Assembly (NCBI GenBank): GCA_964392445.1
Contig: CAYMPD010000001.1
Span: 32,001-96,000, forward strand
Reading direction: 5' to 3'
Length of the DNA: 64,000 bases
From: an uncultured archaeon
GTDB taxonomy: Archaea > Aenigmatarchaeota > Aenigmatarchaeia > CG10238-14
Below are positions 28,364 to 37,817 of the stretch, one piece after another. Position 1 is the first letter of the stretch. The number at the start of each line of letters is the position of its first letter. Both the position numbers and the translations under genes were made by a program. Under the pieces are notes generated by a model. That model did not search any database. It was not told the DNA's origin and saw nothing but the letters and a program-made list of their open reading frames with translations.

Positions 28364-28666
28364 TTACTCCAATACATAAAACATATTCTTCAACATTCTA
28401 ACTGCTTTCTCACAGACCTCTTTTCCTTTTTCTGTTATCCTGTAAACCTTTCTCTTTCTTTTACCTTGAAATTCCTCGTAAAATTCAACCAATCCCTTCT
28501 CTTCCATCCTAGCTAACAAGGGATAAATCTGTCCTGGACTTAATTTCTTTTCTAGTCTGCGCATGAACTCTTCCATTATCTCGTATCCATGCATGTCTCT
28601 TTCGAAGAGCAAAAGTAGTGTGAATAGCTTGGTTGGATTAGTTATGGTATCTTCTTCTGTTTTCAT
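28364..28666 (-). CDS. PadR family transcriptional regulator
   Basis: 'HGYEIM', 'SPGQIYPLLARMEEKGLV', 'RKVYRITEKG'. Confidence 0.92.
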   Translation of the reverse strand: MKTEEDTITNPTKLFTLLLLFERDMHGYEIMEEFMRRLEKKLSPGQIYPLLARMEEKGLVEFYEEFQGKRKRKVYRITEKGKEVCEKAVRMLKNMFYVLE

Positions 28667-28746
28667 AGGTCATTATTTGATAGTTATAATATATATATAT
28701 TATTGATATATTAATAGAAAATAAAAAGCTAGTATTTTATCAACTT

Positions 28747-29187
28747 CTATTGGGAAGCATTGTATCTAATTGCGTCAGTTATTAACTCAGCTAAAATTGC
28801 ACTTCCTCCACCTAAAACCATCGATCTTTCATCCCCACTAAGAGCATAAGCAGTCAATGCTGTGACAACTGGAGAAAATATATAATCCCTAAAAAAGGGC
28901 TCACTCCATAGTCCTCTTCCTATAGGAGTATCAGAAAGATTATAATTTAAAGCGTCATGAAGTATAGATGAACCCATTCTTCCTATTGCTGCACCTCTAA
29001 CGCTAGGGTCCAGACCTTGATCTTGTTGGGTAAGGGTATCTAAAGCCCAGTCACCTGAGAAAGCCGCTAAATAAGTAAATATTGGATCCATAAACCATCT
29101 ATTTAAAAATCCGTCTTTCTTTCCCATTATTTTTTTAATAGGTCTTCCTAAAGTTCTTTTTTGAGTACTGTATCCTTCTGATTCCAT
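28747..29187 (-). CDS. Hypothetical, possibly membrane-associated protein
   Basis: 146-aa ORF with Ala/Gly-rich amphipathic helices. Confidence 0.6.
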   Translation of the reverse strand: MESEGYSTQKRTLGRPIKKIMGKKDGFLNRWFMDPIFTYLAAFSGDWALDTLTQQDQGLDPSVRGAAIGRMGSSILHDALNYNLSDTPIGRGLWSEPFFRDYIFSPVVTALTAYALSGDERSMVLGGGSAILAELITDAIRYNASQ

Positions 29188-29351
29188 TGAATTTACCTCT
29201 TTCTATTAAATTAAATTTTTTTCTTAGTTAATATGGTAAGTTAAAAAATATAAATATTACTATTAATAAGTGAGAAATTCTAATTTATATTTAATCCTTA
29301 ATTTTACTTATAAGAAAAAAGGAGGGTCTCTAATAAATATATTTATTGAAA

Positions 29352-31454
29352 TTACTCATCCACAAATTCCACAGAGCAAGTACTAAGATTTTCCCCTATT
29401 TCTTTAGGTCCTAACACATAAACCATGAAATTTATCTCAGTTTCATAACTATACTTTCCCAAAGATTGTATCAATTTCCTCTTAACACGTTTTGAAGAAC
29501 AAACAAAAACTAAATCCCCATCAACTTTTTCCAAGTACTTATCAATATCATATCCAATAACCGATGTTTTGAATACAACCCTATTCCTCAAATCTTTCTT
29601 CTGGAAAACCAAATCATCTTTATCTTCAACTAATTCCCATCCTCTAGATCCATAATCCTCCTTAACCATCTCCTTCAAGTTCTCAACCGATTCCTCATCC
29701 TCTCTGTTAATTATCTCCCCATACTTTGAAATGTAAACCAACCTTCCCTTCTTAGTCAAAAAGTAGTAATAAGCATAATTTCTATGCAACTTGACCTTTT
29801 TCCGGTTTATTATACCCTTATCCATTAACTCCTCAGCCCTATTCCTAAAAGTAGTCCCAGAAACACCCAGTCTTCTCTGTATTTGAGAGCTAGATATCCC
29901 CTTTCCTGGAGCAAGAATTTTCAAAACATTCCAAAGAGACCTGTCCAAACTTTTAGCCATAGAAGCTATATCCTGTTTTTTGTGAAGCATATCTATAGCC
30001 TTTTCTGGGTCTTTTGGGATTTTAATATCCAATTCATCCTTCTTTTTCTCTTTATAGAGCTTTACTATCCTCTTTCCCATTATATCTCTAACTAAATCGT
30101 CTTTAATCACTGAATTATCAATTCTAAGAAGTGGAAACTTAACCAAGAAAGGATTTCTGAAATCCATTCTCCTGGCAACAATATAACCATGTCCTGTTGG
30201 TAACTTCCTAATATATTCTATTTCCTCATTTGTTTTTAAACCAAGCATGTGTGATGCATCCATAATATCTGAAGAGGATTTAGTATCCAAACCCAGATTC
30301 ATGTAAATATGAGTACTAGTATTACCCAAAGCAGGATAACTTATCAAAGAAGGGTGCTGATCTAAATAAACCAAACCTACTCCTAACTCACGAACCTCAC
30401 GAAATATAAGATCAACCACACCTTCCATTCCCGACCTAATCGTCTTCTCCCTATTCAGAATATTATGAGCTTCTTCAATGATTATTACACCATTCAATTC
30501 GTTCCTCTTATCACTTACAAGCAACCAATCTCTTATCCACTGGAGCATTATTTCAATCATAAAAGTCTTGTCAGCGGTCGCAAGAGGGTCCAGTTCCAGA
30601 ATCGTTATCTTTCCTTTTTCAAAGAATTTATCTGGAGTTATACCTTCTTCTGTATCAAATATATGTCCAACCTCACGAAATGTCAATGATTCCAATGGTC
30701 TTTGTGCGGTTGCAATCCAGTTTTTCTCTCTTGATGTCTTAGTTGATTTCAATGCTTCTTCAACACCTTTTTTCAGGTCTTTGATCTTTGGATATCCAGC
30801 TCCATCATCATAAACCTTATCCAGGGCTTTAAGTATAACGTGCCTACCTCCACCCAGCAACCAATAGGCGTGATCGAATATCTCTGCAAATTCCTTAGCC
30901 CATTGAGAAATTGGTATATTTTCAGGAGGTTTTAATGGATTGAATCTGAAGGGTGATACACTTCTACCAACCGTGTAAATACTAACTTTGTCTTTTAACT
31001 CAGGATCTTTTAACAAATTCCTATAGTTTCTCTTTGAGAAGTCGAATATTAGAACCGGGATATCTTTCTCCGATAGTTTTTTCGTGAGCGATCTCGCCAG
31101 ATTAGTTTTACCAGAACCCGAAGAACCAAATATTCCTATATGTGTCAAAAAATCTTCCTCGCTGAGCATTAGTGGATACAAACCTTGTTTATCATAAAGT
31201 ACCGTTCCTAATTCCACGTTTCCTTTTAATGCAGCATGTTCTGAAGGAGGTTCCATAACTGGTATATTTTCAAATCTATCCTCTGAGAAAACTGCAGCCT
31301 TGATTGCGTCTATGGTTTCCTGGATTCTTTGTCTTGTTAATTCATCTCCGAGAAGATAAGCTGCTCTGATTTTTTTTGTGGACTTTTTCCCAACTATAGG
31401 TGCTAGTCTATTGATATCATCAACTATCAATTCTTCATCAGTCCTGTAAACCAT
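29352..31454 (-). CDS. HerA/VirB4-like (DUF87) ATPase with C-terminal winged-helix region
   Basis: 'HIGIFGSSGSGKT', 'LIFD', 'IIIEEAHN', 'REVRELGVGLVYLDQHPS', HTH 'ISSSQIQRRLGVSGTTFRNRAEELMDKG'. Confidence 0.85.
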   Translation of the reverse strand: MVYRTDEELIVDDINRLAPIVGKKSTKKIRAAYLLGDELTRQRIQETIDAIKAAVFSEDRFENIPVMEPPSEHAALKGNVELGTVLYDKQGLYPLMLSEEDFLTHIGIFGSSGSGKTNLARSLTKKLSEKDIPVLIFDFSKRNYRNLLKDPELKDKVSIYTVGRSVSPFRFNPLKPPENIPISQWAKEFAEIFDHAYWLLGGGRHVILKALDKVYDDGAGYPKIKDLKKGVEEALKSTKTSREKNWIATAQRPLESLTFREVGHIFDTEEGITPDKFFEKGKITILELDPLATADKTFMIEIMLQWIRDWLLVSDKRNELNGVIIIEEAHNILNREKTIRSGMEGVVDLIFREVRELGVGLVYLDQHPSLISYPALGNTSTHIYMNLGLDTKSSSDIMDASHMLGLKTNEEIEYIRKLPTGHGYIVARRMDFRNPFLVKFPLLRIDNSVIKDDLVRDIMGKRIVKLYKEKKKDELDIKIPKDPEKAIDMLHKKQDIASMAKSLDRSLWNVLKILAPGKGISSSQIQRRLGVSGTTFRNRAEELMDKGIINRKKVKLHRNYAYYYFLTKKGRLVYISKYGEIINREDEESVENLKEMVKEDYGSRGWELVEDKDDLVFQKKDLRNRVVFKTSVIGYDIDKYLEKVDGDLVFVCSSKRVKRKLIQSLGKYSYETEINFMVYVLGPKEIGENLSTCSVEFVDE

Positions 31455-31998
31455 CTTCTCTCAACTCCTCGAATAATTCAGCTACTTTACTCTCTATAGC
31501 CAACTGTTCTTCTAATTGGTGAAGCTCTCTTTGGACTTCAAGTCTATCCTTCCAGAACAAAAGATTCTCTCTTCTCCTTTCCATCTTAAGATTAGTTAGA
31601 TCTAATTGTAAGTCTCGGATTCTTTCAGGATCATTCAAAGTTTTTATTTGACTTTCTTTTTCATCAATGTCTTGTGTTATTTCAGCTATTGAGTTTTTAT
31701 TAATGGTTTGTCTTGCTTGAGCTGCTAATTTCAAATCAGATACTCTAATCTCTAAGAACTTGACTCTTTCAAAAATATTACCTATTAATTCCCCACCAAG
31801 TAATCTTAATGACCTCAGTCTTTCTTCCTTTATTTTTTGCCATCTTTTTTCTTGTTTTGTAACTACTTCTCTAACTATCCTTTCTCTTTCTTCGTACAAT
31901 TCTTGTCTTTCAAAACCTGGCGAAAGTCTCTCATCCTCTTCGTAAGGTCTTCTATCTCTAGGCGTTATATAAGGTGCACGTGGTACTCCGTCTTTCAT
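31438..31998 (-). CDS. Coiled-coil protein overlapping the ATPase start
   Basis: Long Glu/Arg/Leu heptads; 17-nt overlap with the ATPase gene. Confidence 0.75.
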   Translation of the reverse strand: MKDGVPRAPYITPRDRRPYEEDERLSPGFERQELYEERERIVREVVTKQEKRWQKIKEERLRSLRLLGGELIGNIFERVKFLEIRVSDLKLAAQARQTINKNSIAEITQDIDEKESQIKTLNDPERIRDLQLDLTNLKMERRRENLLFWKDRLEVQRELHQLEEQLAIESKVAELFEELREDGLQD

Positions 31999-32116
31999 CC
32001 AAATCCCATCTGTCTTAATATGTCTTACATGGATGGTAAGATTTAAATACCTATCGGTAGTGACAGATTGCTCGATATAAAATTTATTAGGATTATTAAG
32101 ACCTATAATCAGTCTT

Positions 32117-32518
32117 TTACCATCTCTTTAACTTTACTTTTTCCTTTTTACAGAATTTCTCATAATGTTTATCATTACTTAGAATATCATGACAATTCAT
32201 GTGTTTCGCGGTTGAAGCAATTATAGAATCTATCAACGGTATTCCAAAAGTATGTGATATTTTACCGGCTTCTATGGTTATTTCATTTGTGGTCTGCACT
32301 ATTTCTATCTTTGGCTTAACTTTTAACCCATTCACAAAAGATTCAACTTTCTTTATAATTTTACCTTTTTTCAAGTAATTCCTAGTATATTCGCCTAAAA
32401 CAATGGAAGGGATTATTAAATGATCTTTACCAGATACCGACTTCCTTAATATATTTAATGCCTTTTCATCCTTATCTGAAAGTAGTAGTAAAAACCAAGT
32501 ATCGGCACAATGTCTCAT
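32117..32518 (-). CDS. vapC: PIN-domain toxin (VapC)
   Basis: 'ADTWF', 'SIVLGE', 'DSIIASTA', 'SNDKHY'. Confidence 0.9.
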   Translation of the reverse strand: MRHCADTWFLLLLSDKDEKALNILRKSVSGKDHLIIPSIVLGEYTRNYLKKGKIIKKVESFVNGLKVKPKIEIVQTTNEITIEAGKISHTFGIPLIDSIIASTAKHMNCHDILSNDKHYEKFCKKEKVKLKRW

Positions 32519-32760
32519 CTCTCAGATTCCTCTCTTTCTTCTTGTATTCTCTTCCAGTCTTTCTTACCTAAACCTGAAGATGAAAAAAAGTCCACAATAT
32601 CTCTGAAATCTGGTTCTCGTGTTATTTTATCTACAAATATCATACTAGGCACGTAACTAACTTTAACCATGTCCATTGGACATATCCCCTCTTTTTCTCT
32701 AATCGATTTGGGTATTGTTATCTGCCCTTTTTGATTGACTTTAACTATTTTATTTAACAT
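32515..32760 (-). CDS. vapB: AbrB/MazE-type antitoxin (VapB)
   Basis: 'KVNQKGQITIPKSIREKEGI'; 4-nt overlap with vapC. Confidence 0.88.
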   Translation of the reverse strand: MLNKIVKVNQKGQITIPKSIREKEGICPMDMVKVSYVPSMIFVDKITREPDFRDIVDFFSSSGLGKKDWKRIQEEREESER

Positions 32761-32854
32761 GTATTATTTTAAGAATTTCCTACTTTTATACTTTACTATT
32801 CAGATACCCCCATAATTAACAAAAATGGAAAGAATAACAGGAAATTCCCAAAAT

Positions 32855-33790
32855 TTAATCTTTCTTCAACTTAATCTTCATCATATCTCTAGCAACAACA
32901 GCATCAGGAAGAACTTCTCTTGCTTGGTCTTCCAGTTCTTTAGGATCAGTATATCTTCGGCTAATATGAGTGAGAATAAGTTTCTTAACACCAGCTTTCT
33001 TTGCCAATCTTGCGGCTTCTTTAACATCAGCATGAGCCTTAGAACCAACATCTTCCTCGAGGAAAGTCCCGTCATGTATCAGAAGATCCGCGTTCTTAGA
33101 AATTTTAATAATATTATCACAGGGAGCAGTGTCCCCAGAATAAACAACCTTCAAACCTTCCTTCACATAACCAACATCCTCTATCCTAATCTCCTTATCT
33201 TCCCAAACCATCTTATCTTCCTTTTTCAATTTTTTAAGCCATGGTCCTCTATTTATCCCCATCTCCTCAAGCTTATCCTCATAAATATTCCATTTATCTT
33301 TCTCCTTAAAACAAAAACCAACAGTAGGAACAGAGTGAAGAACAGGTATTGAACTTATCTCGTAGTTCTCATCCTCGTCTATTTTAGTAATCTCACTACC
33401 TTCAAACGGGACATTCACTGCTTTAACTGGGAATCTTAATCCAAAGTAACCCATGTCAAGGATGTTTGATACAAATCTTTCAGCCTCGGGAGCAAATATG
33501 GTCAAAGGTTTGTCTCTTTTTTCCAGGTTCATAGTTTGTATAAGTGGTATTAATCCCGCAAAATGATCAGCATGCCAATGACTGATAAAAATCTTGTCAA
33601 TCGCCATAAAACTTACATCCGACTTCATCAGTTGTTTTTGGGTTCCCTCCCCACAGTCGAAAAGAAATACCTGTCTTTCATTTGTAAAATGTTCTAGAAC
33701 TATTGCTGGGTGATTCCTATGAAGACTAGGTATGCCTGACACTGTACCAAGGAATGTTATTGTTATCATAAGTAATTCTTTTAACCTCAA
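32855..33790 (-). CDS. rnz: Ribonuclease Z
   Basis: 'FLGTVSGIP', 'DCGEGTQ', 'SHWHADH', 'YSGDT', 'HDGTF', 'LTHISRRY'. Confidence 0.96.
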   Translation of the reverse strand: MRLKELLMITITFLGTVSGIPSLHRNHPAIVLEHFTNERQVFLFDCGEGTQKQLMKSDVSFMAIDKIFISHWHADHFAGLIPLIQTMNLEKRDKPLTIFAPEAERFVSNILDMGYFGLRFPVKAVNVPFEGSEITKIDEDENYEISSIPVLHSVPTVGFCFKEKDKWNIYEDKLEEMGINRGPWLKKLKKEDKMVWEDKEIRIEDVGYVKEGLKVVYSGDTAPCDNIIKISKNADLLIHDGTFLEEDVGSKAHADVKEAARLAKKAGVKKLILTHISRRYTDPKELEDQAREVLPDAVVARDMMKIKLKKD

Positions 33791-33807
33791 ATTAATTATA
33801 GTTATTC

Positions 33808-34293
33808 ATGCCACCCAAAATCTGGAGAAGTGTAATGTATGGACTTTTCATTGGTACTACTATCTCTTCAGTAGTTCTTTTTGTTTTCAGAATTATTCCT
33901 ATTTCTACAATTGGTATGATAATGATACTTTATCTTTATGCTGCTGTTGGTGGGATCACGGGTTATATTGCTCATAGGAAATTTGAGGATAGTTCTAATG
34001 TCCCCAGGGAAATAGAAAAGAAACCTGAAGAAAACCCTGATAACCCACCTCCAAAAGAAAAAGTTAATCCCACCCCAGTAAAACAGGAGATAATTAAAAT
34101 CGAGAACTACAGACAAAAATTAGATGAAATTAAAAACCTCAAAAGAACTTCTCTTATTCTTAAAGGGTTAGTAAATACTCGAAAAAGGTTAGAAGAGTTA
34201 AAAAAAGAAAGTAACTCTATTCTTGAAGATAGTGTAGAAATAATGGACAATAAAAGTGCTGATTTGACTAAGAGTTATTTGAAGACTAGTTAG
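33808..34293 (+). CDS. Two-TM membrane protein with cytoplasmic coiled coil
   Basis: Hydrophobic N-terminus, Pro-rich linker, helical tail. Confidence 0.7.
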   Translation: MPPKIWRSVMYGLFIGTTISSVVLFVFRIIPISTIGMIMILYLYAAVGGITGYIAHRKFEDSSNVPREIEKKPEENPDNPPPKEKVNPTPVKQEIIKIENYRQKLDEIKNLKRTSLILKGLVNTRKRLEELKKESNSILEDSVEIMDNKSADLTKSYLKTS

Positions 34294-35312
34294 CTGTTTG
34301 TCGCTCCTGGGGTTGGTGTATCATCTACTTCGAAATCATTTGTATCACTATCCGTATCTATTCCATTAGATATCCTTGCGGTCGATCTACCGTCCTCAGG
34401 AATGGGTGCATTATCTGATGCATCACCATCATCAAAATCTCCATATGCTACTTGGTCTACAACCTCTGATAGCTCTCTTAGTATTATAACATCTCCGCCA
34501 TCGTTTAAACCAAAACTGAAATCATCTCCTTTCACAAGTACCAAATACCCATTTTCCGGAATAACCATGCCATCTAAAGTGGTATTTCCACCCCCGCTAC
34601 CATAAGTGGATCCTGTATTATCTTCAATTGTCCAACCAGTCAAATTAACCTCAGAACTTCCCTTATTGTATAATTCAATCCATTCATCTTCACCAGTGTT
34701 AGGATCTGAGACAAACTCATTAATTACCACTCCTTTATTGCTCTCATAGCCTTTTTTCTTTGTAGATGGAAATTCAGACTCAGATTTTATTTGCTCCATT
34801 TTTTCGACTTCTTCTTGGAGTTCTTGTTCTACTCCGGCACAAACTTCCACAACATTCTCCTGATTTACACCCTCAAAGGTTTCGGTAACCTCACCCTTTT
34901 CCAAAACTTTAGTCAACTCTCCATTTGGAGTTGTACAAATCTGCTCAATATAACCTAAACTTCTTGTGATTTTAAATCGGTATTCATTTGTTGTTATTTT
35001 CCAAACCGTTTTTTCGGTATCTTCTTTGACCACTGTTACTTTACCTGGTTTAGAGAGTTCCTGAAATACCTCCCCAGCAGAAATACGCATAGTAAATTTA
35101 CCAAAGGGTGTTTCATAAGTCTTTTCGAATTTTTCCGAACTAAAAATCTTTGACATTTTACTAGGAACACTTTCAACCTCACTTTCATCAGCCATATCCA
35201 AAACTAATTTACCCGTAGGAACAGAATCACTTAACGGACCAGTGACAAGGAAAGGTATCGAAATAAGACCAGTTATAATCGAACTGATGATGACAATATC
35301 ACTCAATGTCAT
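34290..35312 (-). CDS. Membrane-anchored protein with C-terminal lamin-tail domain
   Basis: N-terminal TM; 'VVINEF', 'EWIELYN', 'VNLTGWTIED', 'LNDGGDVIIL', 'PTPG'; ATG 35312 preferred over the track start at 35396. Confidence 0.85.
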   Translation of the reverse strand: MTLSDIVIISSIITGLISIPFLVTGPLSDSVPTGKLVLDMADESEVESVPSKMSKIFSSEKFEKTYETPFGKFTMRISAGEVFQELSKPGKVTVVKEDTEKTVWKITTNEYRFKITRSLGYIEQICTTPNGELTKVLEKGEVTETFEGVNQENVVEVCAGVEQELQEEVEKMEQIKSESEFPSTKKKGYESNKGVVINEFVSDPNTGEDEWIELYNKGSSEVNLTGWTIEDNTGSTYGSGGGNTTLDGMVIPENGYLVLVKGDDFSFGLNDGGDVIILRELSEVVDQVAYGDFDDGDASDNAPIPEDGRSTARISNGIDTDSDTNDFEVDDTPTPGATNS

Positions 35313-35577
35313 GCTAATAATTGAAAATGTTCCCTTATATAATTTTCTATCTAATATAAAATTTTTTAATATGTTATATCCTAATGTAAAATACATTAAC
35401 TCCCTAAATCCCTAAAAAGTCGATTTTGAAGTCCTATTAGGAGTCCATATCTTTTAACCACTTTAAAGTAGCATTCAATTTAGCCCGTACCCCACTCTAT
35501 CTCACACTCACTTTCAATCCGTGAGAGTTGTTCTATATTATATATTTTTTAAAACATATTTTACTTCTATCATATTT

Positions 35578-35603
35578 TTATTATATAATATAAAACATAT
35601 TTT
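35578..35603. repeat. Left arm of a 26-bp inverted repeat (partner 37257-37282)
   Basis: TTATTATATAATATAAAACATATTTT; 25/26 match to the reverse complement of the right arm. Confidence 0.6.
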
Positions 35604-35702
35604 CTGATTATAGTTTAAGTTAACTTATTTTAAAATCTATATATTTTGATTAAACCGCCTGAACATATAAATACTTGGGAAAACTAATAATTATTGGATT
35701 GT

Positions 35703-36002
35703 ATGGCGGTAAAAGAAACTGAATTAACAAAGCTCTTCTTAAGGACTAAGCCTGTTAGAATGCTAATTGCTTTGAAGAAAGGTCCCAAATATTGTACCCA
35801 AATTTCAAAGGAAATAGACTGTACCTATTCTCATACAATAAAACTTTTGGACGAGTTGGAAACATTGAATCTAGTCACATTCAAAAAACAAGGAAGGATC
35901 AAAATTGTCAACCTAACAGAAAACGGCGAAGATCTTGCACATTCTATTGAAGGTACATTGATGAAATTGGCTAGAATCCGAGAGCAAAATAAGGAAGAGT
36001 GA
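35703..36002 (+). CDS. Winged-helix (MarR-like) DNA-binding protein
   Basis: 'KYCTQISKEIDCTYSHTIKLLDELETLNLVTFKKQGRIKIVNLTENG'. Confidence 0.85.
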   Translation: MAVKETELTKLFLRTKPVRMLIALKKGPKYCTQISKEIDCTYSHTIKLLDELETLNLVTFKKQGRIKIVNLTENGEDLAHSIEGTLMKLARIREQNKEE

Positions 36003-36017
36003 CACTAAATAGTGTCA
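36000..36017. promoter_or_regulatory. 18-bp palindrome TGACACTA-AA-TAGTGTCA (operator-like)
   Basis: Perfect 8-bp arms with a 2-nt spacer, overlapping the wHTH stop codon. Confidence 0.4.
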
Positions 36018-36153
36018 TAAATGAGGGTTCTTGGTCTAACTGATAGTCTTTTGTTGTGTTATAGGGGGGTTTTTTCTCTTATTTAAAAGTAGTCAATATA
36101 TGATGACATATTTATTTACTAGAAAAGGGGTATAATATAACAGGTATCATTAT

Positions 36154-36730
36154 ATGATGACGGATAATACATCAGAAGTAAAATGCCCTACATGTCGAAA
36201 AACATTCAAAAAGACTAGATATAGAAAAAAATACTGTTCTAGAGAATGTGCTCAAATAGGGATTGCTAATAGACCAAGAACAGAGGCGCTTAAATATAAG
36301 GATAGATACTGTAAGTTTTGTGGAAATTTGTTTAGATCATCAAGAAGAGATCAAAAATTTTGTTCTAAAAGCTGCTATTATGATTATGTTAAACATACCA
36401 ATAAGTTGAGAAGACGTAAAGGACCTAACAAAGCGGAAAACATCTTATTAGGATAATAAAAGGACATGGTCTCCCTTTCAAATTTGTAGGGAATGGAGAA
36501 TTCCATGTTGGGAAGAAAAATCCTGATTTTATCGGGATTGGTAAGCAAAAGTACAAAATAATAGAACTCTTCGGCGATTATTGGCATAAAAAGAAAAATA
36601 TAAGATATCACAGAACAGAAGAGGGAAGACAACTATATTATTGGAAAAGTGGTTATGATTGCTTAATAATATGGGAATCAGAATTAGAAAATGAAAAAAA
36701 GATTGTGAATAAAATTAAAAATTATCTAAG
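36154..36730 (+). pseudogene. Zn-finger (two CxxC..CSxxC units) plus Vsr/DUF559-like endonuclease, split by a -1 frameshift near 36450
   Basis: Frame 1 ends ...PNKAENILLG* (36456). The -1 frame, open from 36429, reads IIKGHGLPFKFVGNGEFHVGKKNPDF...IIELFGDYWH...GYDCLIIWESEL. Confidence 0.75.
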
Positions 36731-36740
36731 AGGTGATAAC

Positions 36741-37094
36741 GTGCAAATTAAAACTTGGGTGATAAATAAAATAGACTATGATGAGTTTGACTGGAATGAC
36801 TTTATGGATACATTATTTCCAGGGAAAAAGGAGAAAACTAGAGAAGCTGCAAGTAAAATTTTGAAATATTTGAAAGAAAACCCAGCGACATTAAATGAAA
36901 TTATTAAAAATAAGAATTTAGTTAGAGGGACAGCTTATAACGCATTTGACTATCTTAGAAAATCTGGACTTATATACAGAAAAGATAAGTATTCGAAAAT
37001 AATAATCTCTGAGCAATTTGGAAGGGCACTTGAAAGGCTTGCTAAGTACTGGTATTTGTGGTGTAGAGGAGTTAAAGAAAAAAGAACTAGATAA
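36741..37094 (+). CDS. Winged-helix DNA-binding protein
   Basis: GTG 36741 after a strong SD GAGGTGAT; 'ILKYLKENPATLNEII...RGTAYNAFDYLRKSGLI'. Confidence 0.8.
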   Translation: MQIKTWVINKIDYDEFDWNDFMDTLFPGKKEKTREAASKILKYLKENPATLNEIIKNKNLVRGTAYNAFDYLRKSGLIYRKDKYSKIIISEQFGRALERLAKYWYLWCRGVKEKRTR

Positions 37095-37256
37095 TATAGG
37101 GTAAGGGAACAATTTTTATGTCCGAAAAGGGGGTGTTTTTACCTTAAATTATATACTAATTTATAATAAATTTTGATATAAGTTTAGTTAAATAATAATT
37201 GAAAAGTATATTATTCATAATAACTAATTTTTGATACTTCCTAACATATTTACTAA

Positions 37257-37282
37257 AAAATATGTTTTATTTTATATAATAA
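37257..37282. repeat. Right arm of the 26-bp inverted repeat
   Basis: AAAATATGTTTTATTTTATATAATAA. Confidence 0.6.
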
Positions 37283-37387
37283 GTATTCACACACAAAAGT
37301 GAGAGTTAAATTTTGGAAAGTAGAAATAAGTTTTAGTCGGAAAACACGAGGAGAAGGGTTATAAGCACATAAAATCTTAATTTAGTT

Positions 37388-37813
37388 ATGAAAATTCCTG
37401 AAAGTGTTGGCTGGGATAGAATAAACGAAGGATTGAAAAAACTAGATGTAGTTGGGATAAACCATTTCAGTCTTGGGTTACCTAAGGAAAGTGAGGGAAC
37501 AAATCCTGAAAAGGTAGAACTTTTCTTCGAGGAAATGGGAAAAATTATTGGAATAGAGAATCCTAAAGAGGTGAAATCGACTGAGTGGTTCATCTACCCT
37601 GATGGTAAAACTCCAGGATATGAGCATCTACTTTGGCCTGGTAAAAAAGTTTTTTATCATATTGAAATCGATGTTAAGGATTCTAATGAAAGAATAATGG
37701 AGGTTTTTCCTGAAGCATTTGAAGAAAGGCCCGGAATGTTTTGGTTAACAGTAGATAAGGGTTTCTTGGGAATACTGTGGGCGGTCATTATAACTAACAA
37801 GAGAGAAAAGTGA
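37388..37813 (+). CDS. Hypothetical protein
   Basis: 141-aa ORF with host-like composition. Confidence 0.7.
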   Translation: MKIPESVGWDRINEGLKKLDVVGINHFSLGLPKESEGTNPEKVELFFEEMGKIIGIENPKEVKSTEWFIYPDGKTPGYEHLLWPGKKVFYHIEIDVKDSNERIMEVFPEAFEERPGMFWLTVDKGFLGILWAVIITNKREK

Positions 37814-37817
37814 GGGT

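Noticed and set aside
29188-29351. Very AT-rich intergenic stretch
   Set aside because: No repeats or structure beyond expected promoter and terminator tracts
28341-32760. Integrated element at the tRNA-Arg 3' end (PadR, orphan, HerA-like ATPase, VapBC)
   Set aside because: No duplicate of the tRNA 3' end and no integrase found; cargo alone is insufficient evidence
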